Of a stretch of 64,000 nt of DNA, positions 32,379-42,316 are shown piece after piece (position 1 is the stretch's first letter; every line of letters starts with the position of its first letter). Source of the stretch: an uncultured cyanobacterium (GTDB taxonomy: Bacteria > Cyanobacteriota > Cyanobacteriia > Cyanobacteriales > CAWCAG01); NCBI GenBank assembly GCA_963793425.1, contig CAWCAG010000005.1, positions 256,001 to 320,000 on the forward strand. Reading direction: 5' to 3'. The notes below the pieces were generated by a model. The model was not told the origin of the DNA and did no database searches. It saw nothing but the letters and a program-made list of their open reading frames with translations. Position numbers and translations under genes: made by a program.

Positions 32379-33053
32379 ATTTTAATTAAGTTTACTGATT
32401 TTAATACAGCAGATACAATCATTCGTGAATTTTATAACCCAGAGTGGAATGACATTATAGCCATCCTTTCTGGAATGTCTTTACATATCAAAGCTTCAGA
32501 TCAAGCAGGTATTCAGGGAAATTTAATCTTCGATCCTGTTGGTACAAATCAGTGCATAAAAAATAACTTAGTAAATAAAGGATGGCAAGCAAATATTCCT
32601 ATTCCGTCAGAATATAGATTTTTGGGTAAGGATATTGACTTTGGGAAAGCTGGCATAATTATTGAAAGCCAATTTTCTCATTATTCCTTTTTATTGAATA
32701 ATACTTTACGTTCTGAGTTATTTTTCAAAGCTGGCACAGCCTTTGCCGGCAAAGCAACGAAACTAGTGGTATTAATTGCCAAAGCTAAAATGTTTCCTGC
32801 ATCTAATAGTACTCTTTACTATGAGCAAGCTGTTCAACAATTGACAGCTTTGGCTGAATATCGAGTATTTGATGTACCAATTCGACTTATCGGCTTATTT
32901 GAACAACAAAATACGACAATCGATGTAATTTGGACTAAGTATTCGTCAACAAGATATTCTAGAAAAGTGCAAACAAGAAAGAATCTTCAATGCCAAATTT
33001 CACCTGGAAAACTTACACACAGTCGCTGTCAGCTTCATATTATTAAAGAATGA
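32379..33053 (+). CDS. BglII-like type II restriction endonuclease (similarity extends 5' of the first ATG at 32475)
   Basis: LHIKASDQAG...LIFDPVGTN, FLGKDIDFGK, EsQFS, MFPASNSTLYYEQA, VFDVPIRL closely match R.BglII as I recall it. Confidence 0.85.
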   Translation: MLIKFTDFNTADTIIREFYNPEWNDIIAILSGMSLHIKASDQAGIQGNLIFDPVGTNQCIKNNLVNKGWQANIPIPSEYRFLGKDIDFGKAGIIIESQFSHYSFLLNNTLRSELFFKAGTAFAGKATKLVVLIAKAKMFPASNSTLYYEQAVQQLTALAEYRVFDVPIRLIGLFEQQNTTIDVIWTKYSSTRYSRKVQTRKNLQCQISPGKLTHSRCQLHIIKE

Positions 33054-33054
33054 A

Positions 33055-34149
33055 TTAGTCCCACAAATTTAATTGAATTTGTTGCTCAGTTTGTTTTGAT
33101 AAAGGTGTCTTTTTACCATTACCGTTAAGCTTTTTATCTATAGGTGGTGTTTCTCCACGTAGGTTAGCTGCAAAAACTGCTTCTTCATAAAGTAATCTTT
33201 CTTCCATTGCTTGTAAATGATATTCTTCTGGATATATCTTTGCTTTACTACGTTCTGATGGCTTTTTTGCTACTTGTACATCAAACTGAAATTTTTCAAT
33301 AGGCTCATTAGTTTGTTCTATGTAATCTCTTAGGGTTTTCAAGTTTGGGAAAAAACCATTTTCATCGGGTTTTTTACTCAAGCGACGTAAGGCAACTTGA
33401 TGATATTTTGATTCTAATTCTGCTCCCATAAAATACCGTTCATAACATGAAGCAACAACCGCTACTGTACCAGAACCCATGTATGGGTCAAAAACAATAT
33501 CATTCTTGTTAGTTGTAGCTAAAATAATTCGGGCGGTCATATCTTCTGGAAATTGGCAAGGATGTATAGTTTGTTCTTCATGATTATGTTTTACATTGCG
33601 GAATAACCAAATATCACCAGGATTTTTACCTTTAGGATTACAAGACAATTCCCCCTTTCGATTTCCCCGAAAATGTTTTTTGTTTTGGTACTTTTGCGGA
33701 ACTCTAATTGCATCTAAATTAAATGTATAGTGATCGGATTTAGTAAACCATAAAAGTGTTTCATGACGGCAAGAAAACTTTTTTCTTGCATGAAGTCCAT
33801 GTTGTCTCGCCCAAATGATACGATTCTTAGGAATTAATCCGCAAGATTCTAAAATAGGAAAAAAGCGAATATCGAGAGGAATTAACATTCCCTTATGAGA
33901 AAAAGCACCTACTTGCCAAAACAAGGAACCAGTACTTTTAAGAATGCGACTACACTCACGTAGTACATTAGTTTGTTGTTCCAAGTAAATCTCTAGTCCT
34001 TGTTTAGCTTCATATTCCTTACCTAAATTGTAGGGCGGAGACGAAAGCACTAAATCAACCGACTCATCTGGTAAGCTTTTGAGCAATTCTAAACAATTAC
34101 CCAGAAAAATCTCATTTAAAGGAAATTTACTTCTTTCATCTTTCACCAC
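33055..34149 (-). CDS. Beta-class N4-cytosine DNA methyltransferase, cognate to the BglII-like nuclease
   Basis: SSPPYN (motif IV) before FDPYMGSG (motif I); HPCQFP; convergent with the R gene. Confidence 0.9.
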   Translation of the reverse strand: MVKDERSKFPLNEIFLGNCLELLKSLPDESVDLVLSSPPYNLGKEYEAKQGLEIYLEQQTNVLRECSRILKSTGSLFWQVGAFSHKGMLIPLDIRFFPILESCGLIPKNRIIWARQHGLHARKKFSCRHETLLWFTKSDHYTFNLDAIRVPQKYQNKKHFRGNRKGELSCNPKGKNPGDIWLFRNVKHNHEEQTIHPCQFPEDMTARIILATTNKNDIVFDPYMGSGTVAVVASCYERYFMGAELESKYHQVALRRLSKKPDENGFFPNLKTLRDYIEQTNEPIEKFQFDVQVAKKPSERSKAKIYPEEYHLQAMEERLLYEEAVFAANLRGETPPIDKKLNGNGKKTPLSKQTEQQIQLNLWD

Positions 34150-34279
34150 AACACCTGTTTTAAAAAACTATATAGTGAAATTATAAAACTAACTTTTTCT
34201 CTTACGCTAGCTAATTTTCTGGCAATATGAAATAGAAATAACGATATTGTACCTAAGCATTTTATCAAAGAGAGAAAAA

Positions 34280-34318
34280 GGGTTTTAGAGAGGGTGTATA
34301 ACTTTCTCTAAAACCCTA
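34280..34318. terminator. Long hairpin between the EF-G fragment and the methyltransferase gene
   Basis: AGGGTTTTAGAGAG...CTTTCTCTAAAACCCT. Confidence 0.5.
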
Positions 34319-34340
34319 ATCAAGTAAATTAAACATTAAA

Positions 34341-35390
34341 CTAAGGGGAAGGTCGATATCCTGACAACTCCATAGAAAAATTAGCCATTCCTTGGGAAAG
34401 GGAACGTAAATTTGTGGAGTAGCCGAACATCTCTTTTAAAGGAACCTCAGCCCGGATCACGGTGTAATCGTTCAAAACTTCTGAACCAATCAGCAAACCG
34501 CGACGGGATAAGAGATTGCCTTGTATCCTGCCCATAAACTCATCAGGAGTTTCTACCTCCACTGACATGATGGGTTCCAAAACAATTGGGCTTGCTTGGG
34601 CAAAAGCTTCCTCAAAAGCTTGTTTGGCAGCATAGCGGAAAGCTATATCCTTAGAATCTACAGGGTGATAGGAACCACCTTCCAGGATAACTTTGACTCC
34701 AACTACGGGATAACCTTGAAGATAGCCCGTTGCCATAGCATCAAGGAAACCCTTCTCACAAGCTGGGATAAATTGCTGAGGAATTGCTCCCCCCACAACC
34801 TTATCTACAAACTCAAAGTCCCCTTCATAAGGCTCTAGACGACCCGTAATATGGGCATATTGTCCGGGGCCTCCCAATTGTTTTTTGAACCTGTAGTCGA
34901 GCTTCGCCCCCTTAGTAATGCTTTCTTTGTAAGCAACTGCCGGCTGTCCAACATAAACTTGGGCATCATACTCCCGTTGCAAGCGTTCAAGGTAAATATC
35001 AAGATGCAACTCCCCCATACCAGAAATTAGGGTTTCTCCTCCTTCAGGGCTGCTACTAACGTGCAAAGTGGGGTCTTCTCGTCCAAAGCGGCTTAAGGCT
35101 TTGGATACCTGTATAGCATCTTCCTGAGTTTTGGGAGTAATTGCCAGGGTGATAACGGGTTCAGGAACAAACATTTCCTCTAAAGAAAGATGCAAATCCT
35201 CAGCACAAAGAGTATCCCCTGAAGCACATTCAAACCCTAACAGGGCAACAATTTTCCCTGCTTGTGCTGAATCAAGGTTTTCCCTTTCTCCTGCATGAAG
35301 CCGAATTAAACGGCTGACACGAACCGTTTTTTGGGTACGAGGGTTGAAGAGGGAATCGCCTTTTTGCAAAGTCCCGGAGTAGATGCGAAT
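34341..35390 (-). pseudogene. fusA: Elongation factor G paralogue, 3' fragment lacking the GTPase domain
   Basis: IRIYSGTL, EDPT, ISGMGELHLDI, GGPGQYAH, GSYHPVDS, LEPIMSVEV, EMFGYSTNLRS; begins exactly at the IS right end. Confidence 0.9.
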
Positions 35391-35620
35391 TTGACATCCT
35401 CCCCGACCTATTCGCGCAGCGTTGCCGAAGGCTAAGGTACGGGGATTCCCTATCTACCCAAACAACGACAGTTGCACGGGTTCTAGTTGGGTTGACGTTT
35501 CACAGGTTGCTGCTACAGTTGTAGTATAGCTGCCTACCTCCACGTACGTTTCTTGCTCCGCGTTCCCTTGCGCCTTTCGGCGGCGCGGGTTCGGTGCGCT
35601 TTAGAGTCTCAGGGTGTCCC
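35391..35620 (-). ncRNA. Putative TnpB omega/reRNA scaffold (5' boundary approximate)
   Basis: Position over the tnpB 3' end and the right-end hairpin ending in TCAA; inferred from family behaviour. Confidence 0.55.
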
Positions 35621-36754
35621 CCCGCGACTAAGATATTTACAGCAGCATTAACATCTCTATCATGGACTGCACCGCAGTTTAAACAAGTCCATTCTCTAAC
35701 AGAAAGTTCTACTTGGTGCGCGTTCCCTTGCGTCTTACGCCGACGCGGGGTCGCATCCGCTTTCTTCCCACCTCTAAAACCACACCCATGACATTTCTGG
35801 GTAGTCGGTTCCCATCTATCTATGACCCTCAATTCTCTGCCATACATGATTGCTTTAGCTTCTAATATAGTTCTAAAACTATCCCGTGCCTAAGTCACTT
35901 ATGGCACGGGATAGTTTACGATTCTTAACCATTCCCGATACGTTCAAGTCTTCTAAGACGATTGTTTGGTTTTCACGAATTATCTTGGTTGAGAGTTTGT
36001 GGAGAAAGTCTTGACGAGTATCTTTGATTTTGGCGTGTAATCTCGCTGCTCTTTTTCTGGCCTTTTCTCGCCTTCTACTACTTTTGGTATTCCTAGCTAG
36101 ATTACGTTGCAATCTTCTTAGACGCTTTAATCTTTTCTTTAAGGGTTTTGGTGCTTTAACTTTTTCTCCATTACTAAATGTGGCAAAGTTGGTTATTCCC
36201 AGGTCGATTCCTATTGAAGTGCCGTTATCTGGTAGTTTCTCTGGGTTTATTTCTACGACAAAGCTAATAAAGTATCTATCAGCACTATCTTTGATTACTG
36301 TTACAGAAGTAGGAATTGATGGTAATTCTCTAGACCATATCGGTTTGATGTTGCCAACTTTAGCCAGGTATACTTTGTTTCTTCTGAGTTGAAATCCTGA
36401 TTTGGTGAAGCTAGCAGCTTGCTTATTGCTTCGCTTTTTGAATTTGGGAGGCTTAATCTTGGTTCCCTTCCTTTTGCCTTGCAGCGAGTTAAAGAAGTTC
36501 TTATGTGCTGTAGAAAGGTTTTTTAATGATTGCTGTAAGGGTACTGCTGAGACTTGGTTTAGCCATTTCCTTTCTTCTGTCTTTTTTGCTTGGGTTAATC
36601 GTTTACATAAACTGTTGTGGCTTAAAGCTTTTCTACTACTTTTGCATAAAGCTAAAGCGTCGTTCCAAACTACACGAGTACAGCCAAACAGTTGAGCAAG
36701 TTTTTGTTTTTGCTCGATGTTTGGATAAAATCTGTATCTGTATCGTGCTTTCAC
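35500..36754 (-). pseudogene. tnpB: RNA-guided endonuclease TnpB, split by a frameshift/stop near 35880
   Basis: KARYRYRFYP, LFGCTRVVWN, RuvC-I GIDLG, RuvC-II LEDL; second frame has CHGC/CLNC zinc finger and RuvC-III DRDVNAA. Confidence 0.92.
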
Positions 36755-36948
36755 TTTTTGGAGGCAAAGGCTCTGCTTTTTTCAATATTATACCGTGAGA
36801 GTGCAGAGCGAATCCGTCCTATAAGAACGGGGAACCTTAGACCTTTTTTGTTTTTGGTAAACCGGATTGGGTACAATACTTAATCGGCTTAAACATTTAC
36901 AATTCAGTTTCTCAAGAATAGCTAACGGGGGCAAAGGGTAGATATTGT

Positions 36949-37722
36949 CTACCTCTTAGCAATACCTGTTCCCTCTAAAAACTCTTGTATTTCCTTGTCG
37001 CTAAGACGGCAAGACTTTCCTTGAGTATCTTCTTCGGTAATCTCTAATTTAGAAGTAGCAACAGCAGCGAGGACGTGAGTTTGGCACTGCTGCTTTTGGA
37101 GAGTGGCTATTTCTTTTTCTAAAGACTCAATACGATCAACTAAAGCCCTAATTACAGCAGCTTCAGAGTCTGGCAAGCTTGCGTGTTCTAAAGGGCTTAC
37201 CTTAACTCCAGAGCGATAAATAACTCTGCCTGGAACTCCTACCACAGTACAATCAGAAGGTACATCTCTCAATACTACTGAACCCGCACCAATACGTACA
37301 TCGTCACCAATTTGGATATTACCCAAAACTTTAGCACCAGCACCAACCACAACATTTTCCCCCAGGCTAGGGTGGCGTTTGCCGCTTTCTTTGCCTGTTC
37401 CTCCCAAAGTTACTCCTTGATAAATCAAGCAGTAATCTCCAATGATGGCTGTTTCCCCCACAACAATACCCATACCATGGTCAATGCAAACGCCCTTACC
37501 CATTTGCGCCCCTGGATGAATTTCGATCCCTGTGAAGAATCTACCGAGGTGGGAAATAAAGCGAGGAATAAAGGGTATTTTCAGCTTATACAAGCTGTGG
37601 GCAAGGCGATGAAACAGAATTGCTTGTAAACCAGGATAGCAAAACAAGACCTCTAGCCAGTTACGGGCGGCTGGGTCACGTTCAAAAATGATCCGAAAAT
37701 CAGCGATAAGGGTAGATAGCAC
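36949..37722 (-). CDS. cysE: Serine O-acetyltransferase
   Basis: RDPAA, TGIEIHPGA, IDHGMG, GVTLGGTGKE.GKRHP. Confidence 0.96.
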   Translation of the reverse strand: MLSTLIADFRIIFERDPAARNWLEVLFCYPGLQAILFHRLAHSLYKLKIPFIPRFISHLGRFFTGIEIHPGAQMGKGVCIDHGMGIVVGETAIIGDYCLIYQGVTLGGTGKESGKRHPSLGENVVVGAGAKVLGNIQIGDDVRIGAGSVVLRDVPSDCTVVGVPGRVIYRSGVKVSPLEHASLPDSEAAVIRALVDRIESLEKEIATLQKQQCQTHVLAAVATSKLEITEEDTQGKSCRLSDKEIQEFLEGTGIAKR

Positions 37723-37824
37723 AGGTTTAGTTTGAGTACAGCCTATTGATTATTATCTTATCTAAAAGATGTAAGTTAGTGAACCATCAGCCTTTGACTC
37801 AAACTTCTCTCACCAAAAAACTCT

Positions 37825-38928
37825 TCAATTCCCTGAACTACTCAACAAACGCATATTTCCCCTCCTAGCGGGGGAAATGCTCTTCTTTCCACGTTTACTC
37901 TTCCATTTGCGGATAGAAGCAGCTACTTTGGCAATGTGGCGGTTTTGAATTTCTTGGGAACTTTCTTCTTGAGAAGAAGAGTCCTCGCTAGGGCGAGGTT
38001 GGATATTCATACATTCTCCTAGTTCCCTAACTGTCTGGGGGGCTTCTAAGGCAACTTTCAACGCAGAGATAGATTGATAGCGTTCAGGAAGAGAAATCTT
38101 CAACATCTTATCCAAAACTTGAGCAAAAGGATCACTCACATCCACCACTTCTCGCCATTTCATCTGTCCGGTGTGAAGATCGGTCTGGAAATCTAAGGGA
38201 GCTTTTCCTGTTAACAAATATAAGCAAGTCACCCCCACAGCATAGATATCGCTAGCAAACACAGGGCGTAAAGAAAATTGTTCTGGGGGGGCAAAACCTA
38301 CAGTACCAATAAAGTTAGTTGTTCCTCCCCGAATGCTACTATCCCCTGGTTGAGAGATTTGCTCTTTGACAGCACCAAAGTCAATGAGAACTAACCTACC
38401 ATCGTGTTTGCAACGTAGAATATTTTGGGGCTTGATATCTCGATGAATAACCCCGTGCTTGTGAACATATTCTAAGATGGGAATAATTTCCCCTAAAAAG
38501 TGCCTAACAAGATTTTCTGACATGGGGCCATAGCGTCTTATCAATCTGGCTAGGGTTAACCCATGGATATACTCTTGAACTAGATAAAAATCTTCGCCCA
38601 TCACAAAATAATCTAAGAGTAGAGGTATTTGGGAATGATGGCCTAAAAGGGAGAGAGTTTTGGCTTCTCTTTGAAAACGCTGGCGGGCTATTGCCAAAGC
38701 TGACTCATCACTAACCTTCGGACACAACTGCTTGATAACGCACTTAGGATTTCCTGGTAAAGAGGTGTCCCTAGCTAAAAAAGTGACTCCGAAGCCACCT
38801 CTACCGAGCAACCGTACCACTTCGTAGCGATCACGAAAAAGCTGTTTTTTACCGCACATTTGACCCAAGGCCGTTTTTTCAAAAACGTCTGAGTGGAAAG
38901 AAGAGAGATTCGCTGGAGGAAAATTCAT
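37825..38928 (-). CDS. Hanks-type Ser/Thr protein kinase
   Basis: LGRGGFG, VIKQL, HRDIKPQN, DFG, PPE. Confidence 0.94.
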   Translation of the reverse strand: MNFPPANLSSFHSDVFEKTALGQMCGKKQLFRDRYEVVRLLGRGGFGVTFLARDTSLPGNPKCVIKQLCPKVSDESALAIARQRFQREAKTLSLLGHHSQIPLLLDYFVMGEDFYLVQEYIHGLTLARLIRRYGPMSENLVRHFLGEIIPILEYVHKHGVIHRDIKPQNILRCKHDGRLVLIDFGAVKEQISQPGDSSIRGGTTNFIGTVGFAPPEQFSLRPVFASDIYAVGVTCLYLLTGKAPLDFQTDLHTGQMKWREVVDVSDPFAQVLDKMLKISLPERYQSISALKVALEAPQTVRELGECMNIQPRPSEDSSSQEESSQEIQNRHIAKVAASIRKWKSKRGKKSISPARRGNMRLLSSSGN

Positions 38929-39106
38929 AGCTTTTGAGGATGAGAAGCGAGGTTTGTTTGACCAAATATTAGGTATGCTCCTATTTGGTTTGGTAAGGTA
39001 AATATTCCTTTGGTAACAAAAATTTTGAAGCCAAAGGATGCTGCAAGGGATACTTAGTATTACTCATAGTATCGCTGAATTTTAGATTAAGAGCCAAAGA
39101 TTAATT

Positions 39107-39859
39107 ATGAACATCTATCCTAGACTAGAGAAGTTGTTTCAGCAACAAAAAGTCCTTAAAGTTATTAGTGGTTTAAATAACTTTGATCATCATAAAGTTC
39201 TGGCAGTGGCGAAAGCTGCCCAGGCTGGGGGGGCTAGCTTTGTAGATATTGCTGCTGATACAGATTTAATTGCTGCTGTAAGGCAAGAAATTGCTCTGCC
39301 TATATGTGTTTCTGCGGTGGAACCGGAGTTATTTGTTGAGGCGATCGCCGCTGGTGCTGATTTAATTGAAATTGGTAACTTTGATAGCTTTTATGCTCAA
39401 GGACGACGTTTTGAAGCCCCAGAAGTTTTGGCCCTGACCCGGAAAACTCGCTCTTTGCTTCCCAATGTTCCCCTTTCTGTTACCGTACCCCATATTCTTT
39501 CTTTAGATGAACAGGTTCAATTAGCAGAGGAGTTGGTGAAGGCTGGTGCAGATATTATTCAAACAGAAGGAGGTACTAGTGCTATTCCTAAGCATCCTGG
39601 TACTTTGGGTTTAATTGAAAAAGCTGCTCCCACTTTAGCTGCGGCTACAAGTATTTCTCCAGCAGTAGAAGTTCCTGTACTCTGTGCTTCTGGTTTATCT
39701 AATGTAACCATTCCTATGGCGATCGCGGCTGGGGCGGCAGGAGTAGGAGTTGGATCTGCGATTAATCAACTTGATAGCGAAGTGGCGATGGTGGCTGTTG
39801 TACGCAGTTTAGTGGAAGCTTTAGCTTCTGTTCGTCGTTCTAGTGCCTCTATTTCGTAG
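39107..39859 (+). CDS. ycf23: DUF561 / Ycf23 family protein
   Basis: LKVISGLNNFD, IEIGNFDSFY, IQTEGG, GVGVGSAIN. Confidence 0.88.
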   Translation: MNIYPRLEKLFQQQKVLKVISGLNNFDHHKVLAVAKAAQAGGASFVDIAADTDLIAAVRQEIALPICVSAVEPELFVEAIAAGADLIEIGNFDSFYAQGRRFEAPEVLALTRKTRSLLPNVPLSVTVPHILSLDEQVQLAEELVKAGADIIQTEGGTSAIPKHPGTLGLIEKAAPTLAAATSISPAVEVPVLCASGLSNVTIPMAIAAGAAGVGVGSAINQLDSEVAMVAVVRSLVEALASVRRSSASIS

Positions 39860-39880
39860 TAAGTAATAGAGAATATATAG

Positions 39881-39903
39881 TAGGGGCAATCGATTGTCCC
39901 TAC
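39881..39903. repeat. REP-like palindrome GTAGGGGCAATCGATTGTCCCTAC
   Basis: GTAG-headed hairpin downstream of ycf23. Confidence 0.6.
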
Positions 39904-40067
39904 ATAACTGTGGGCAATAAATTTCTCAACTTTACTCTGGTATAGCCTAGGTATATTTCAATAAACAATTAGCCATTAGCCGCTAGCCATTAGCAAATTC
40001 AGTAAAAAACCCGATTTAAAATCACTATATTTTTGAGCATACTAGAGTTAGACCATTTAATATACCC

Positions 40068-41102
40068 ATGAATATTTTGTCAGGGGAAAACAGACTAAAA
40101 GAAATTAATTCTTCTTCAGTGAGTGTTCTAGATTCCCAACCAGCTAAAATTCTGGTTGTAGATGATCATGCTTCTAGTCGTATGGCTGTGTCGGCTTTAC
40201 TATCAGTAGAAGGTTATGAGGTTATTGAACTAGAAAGCAGTAAGAAAGTTTTAGAATGTGTCATTGCCCAGAAACCAGACTTGATTTTGCTCGATGTAAT
40301 GCTTCCTGACTTAGATGGATTTGAGATTTGCAAGGGCATCAAAGCGAATGAAACTACAGCTTCAATTCCAGTTATTTTTATTACGGTACTTAATGATCGC
40401 AAAACCTATATTAAAAGTCTTAAAGCTGGGGGAGATGACTTACTGCCCAAACCTTTAGATCGCTTAGAACTGTCCACTAGGGTTAAATCTTTTATTCGTC
40501 AAAAGCGCCTTTATGAAGACCTTGATCATACTGAACAGGTACTCTTTTCTATTGCTAAAGCTATAGGAGAACGAGACAGCGATCGCAGTGAATCTTCCGA
40601 AAGACTAATTCAGCTAGCCCAATCTTTCGGAGAATATTTAGGACTTCCTTTAGCTGAAGTGAAAGATTTGATCAAAGCAATCTATCTCCACGACTTAGGT
40701 ACGGTAGGTATTCCCGATGCAGTCTTGCTTAAAGAAGGTACACTCACCCTCGAAGAGAGGAAACTGATTAACCAACACGTTCTCATTGGTGAAAAGCTTT
40801 GTCAACCTCTTAGGGATGTAGAAGGAGTTTTGCCTATTATTCGCCATCATCACGAACGATGGGATGGAGGGGGCTATCCTGATGGTTTAGTGGGGGAAGA
40901 GATTCCTTTATTAGCACAAATATTTCAAATTATTGATATTTACAATGCCTTAACTAGTAAGCGCCCTTATAAGCAAGCTTTCACTCCTCAACAGGCCCTA
41001 GAAATTATTCTGGAAGAAAAGGATAAGGGCTGGCGGAATCCTCAACTAGTCGCTCAGTTTACAGAATTTGTCCGTTCTATTTGGATTGAAGAAAGGGAAT
41101 AG
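40068..41102 (+). CDS. Response regulator with HD-GYP phosphodiesterase domain
   Basis: REC domain; LHDLG, HHHERWDGGGYP, RPYK. Confidence 0.92.
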   Translation: MNILSGENRLKEINSSSVSVLDSQPAKILVVDDHASSRMAVSALLSVEGYEVIELESSKKVLECVIAQKPDLILLDVMLPDLDGFEICKGIKANETTASIPVIFITVLNDRKTYIKSLKAGGDDLLPKPLDRLELSTRVKSFIRQKRLYEDLDHTEQVLFSIAKAIGERDSDRSESSERLIQLAQSFGEYLGLPLAEVKDLIKAIYLHDLGTVGIPDAVLLKEGTLTLEERKLINQHVLIGEKLCQPLRDVEGVLPIIRHHHERWDGGGYPDGLVGEEIPLLAQIFQIIDIYNALTSKRPYKQAFTPQQALEIILEEKDKGWRNPQLVAQFTEFVRSIWIEERE

Positions 41103-41221
41103 GGTTCGCGTGTATGGTTGCCGTAAGGCTATAGTCAATAGCAAAAGTTTCTCTACTGAATCAAAAAATAAAGCGATCGCAAACTAGAATAATAGGTAAA
41201 CGAGACTTTTATATTGCTACT

Positions 41222-42263
41222 ATGAAAAGAAAATTTTTCCTGGTTTACTATTGCGATCAATTTATTAACAATCACCACCGCAACCGTAAGTTTAGCTCAA
41301 GCAGAGACAGAAACCTTTGGCTCTTTTCAAGAATGGTGTGCAGCTAAAGATAGTCTTTCTTCTCAAGCAAAACATACGGTAGAGATATTACTAGAAGAAG
41401 CGGAAAGCCAAAGTTGTCTTGAAGCGGAGCGCAACTTGTCTGAAACGTCAGATTTAGATATTGCCTATCGCCGCGATGTACGAGACTTACGTCCTCTTGC
41501 TTCTCTAACTCACCTAACTTCATTAGACTTGAATGGGAATGGCATAACAGATATTACTCCTATATCTAACCTCAAATCTCTGACTAAACTTGAACTCAAT
41601 TTTAATAGCCTCAAAGACTTAACAGCCTTGGCTAATTTAACTAATCTCACTGAACTTTATCTGTCTCATAACATTCATCTTCAAAATTTAACTCCTTTGT
41701 CTAGCTTAACTAAGTTAACAGAACTTCATCTAGCATCTAACCAAATTATAGATTTAAAACCACTATCAGACTTGACTAGTTTGACTCTTTTGTATCTTCC
41801 CGGAAATGAAATTGGGAGCTTACAGGGGTTGTCCGATTTAACTCAACTAACTTATCTATTTCTTTCTAATAATCAAATTAAGGATTTAACTCCTCTGTCA
41901 AATCTAAATAGTTTGATATCTCTTTATATAGGAGGAAACAAAATAGATGATCTAACTCCACTATCTTCTTTAACTAGCTTATCAAGATTACTTGTACACT
42001 CTAATCAAATAAGTGATTTGACTCCTCTAAGCTCTCTCAATAACTTGAGTGCTTTAGTCGTAAGTCATAATCAAATAAGTGATTTAAGTCCCTTATCAAA
42101 TTTAGCTAGTCTCACAGACATTTCCTTCAATAATAATCAAGTTAGACAAATAACTAATATTCTGAATATAGAACAGTTAGAGAGATTTTGCTCTGTGGAC
42201 AATCCTTTGAATGAAACTATTCCTAAACATATACTTCATAAAAAACAACAATGCTTTTTTTGA
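41222..42263 (+). pseudogene. Internalin-like secreted LRR protein, copy 1, with a +1 frameshift in the signal peptide (~41238)
   Basis: 22-aa LxxLxLxxNxIxDLxPL repeats; the 5' part aligns to copy 2 if one base is removed. Confidence 0.8.
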
Positions 42264-42316
42264 GAAAGAGTTGCTCATTATGCTTGTCTAATCAACGAGA
42301 CTTTTATATTGCTACT

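Larger units (their letters stand above)
35391..36856 (-). mobile_element. IS200/IS605-family element with tnpB only (IS1341-like), no tnpA
   Basis: Minus strand: TTAC|CAAAAAC...CCGTTCTTATAGGACGG left-end hairpin; right end GAATCCCC...GGGGAGGATGTCAA; no TIRs or TSD. Confidence 0.85.

Noticed and set aside
35500..36754. Cas12f/Cas12k effector
   Set aside because: IS605-type ends and no CRISPR array or Tn7-like genes; it is an ordinary TnpB.
35391..36856. IStron (self-splicing intron-IS) that would restore fusA
   Set aside because: There is only ~100 bp between the left end and tnpB, leaving no room for a group I intron core, and no 5' fusA exon upstream.
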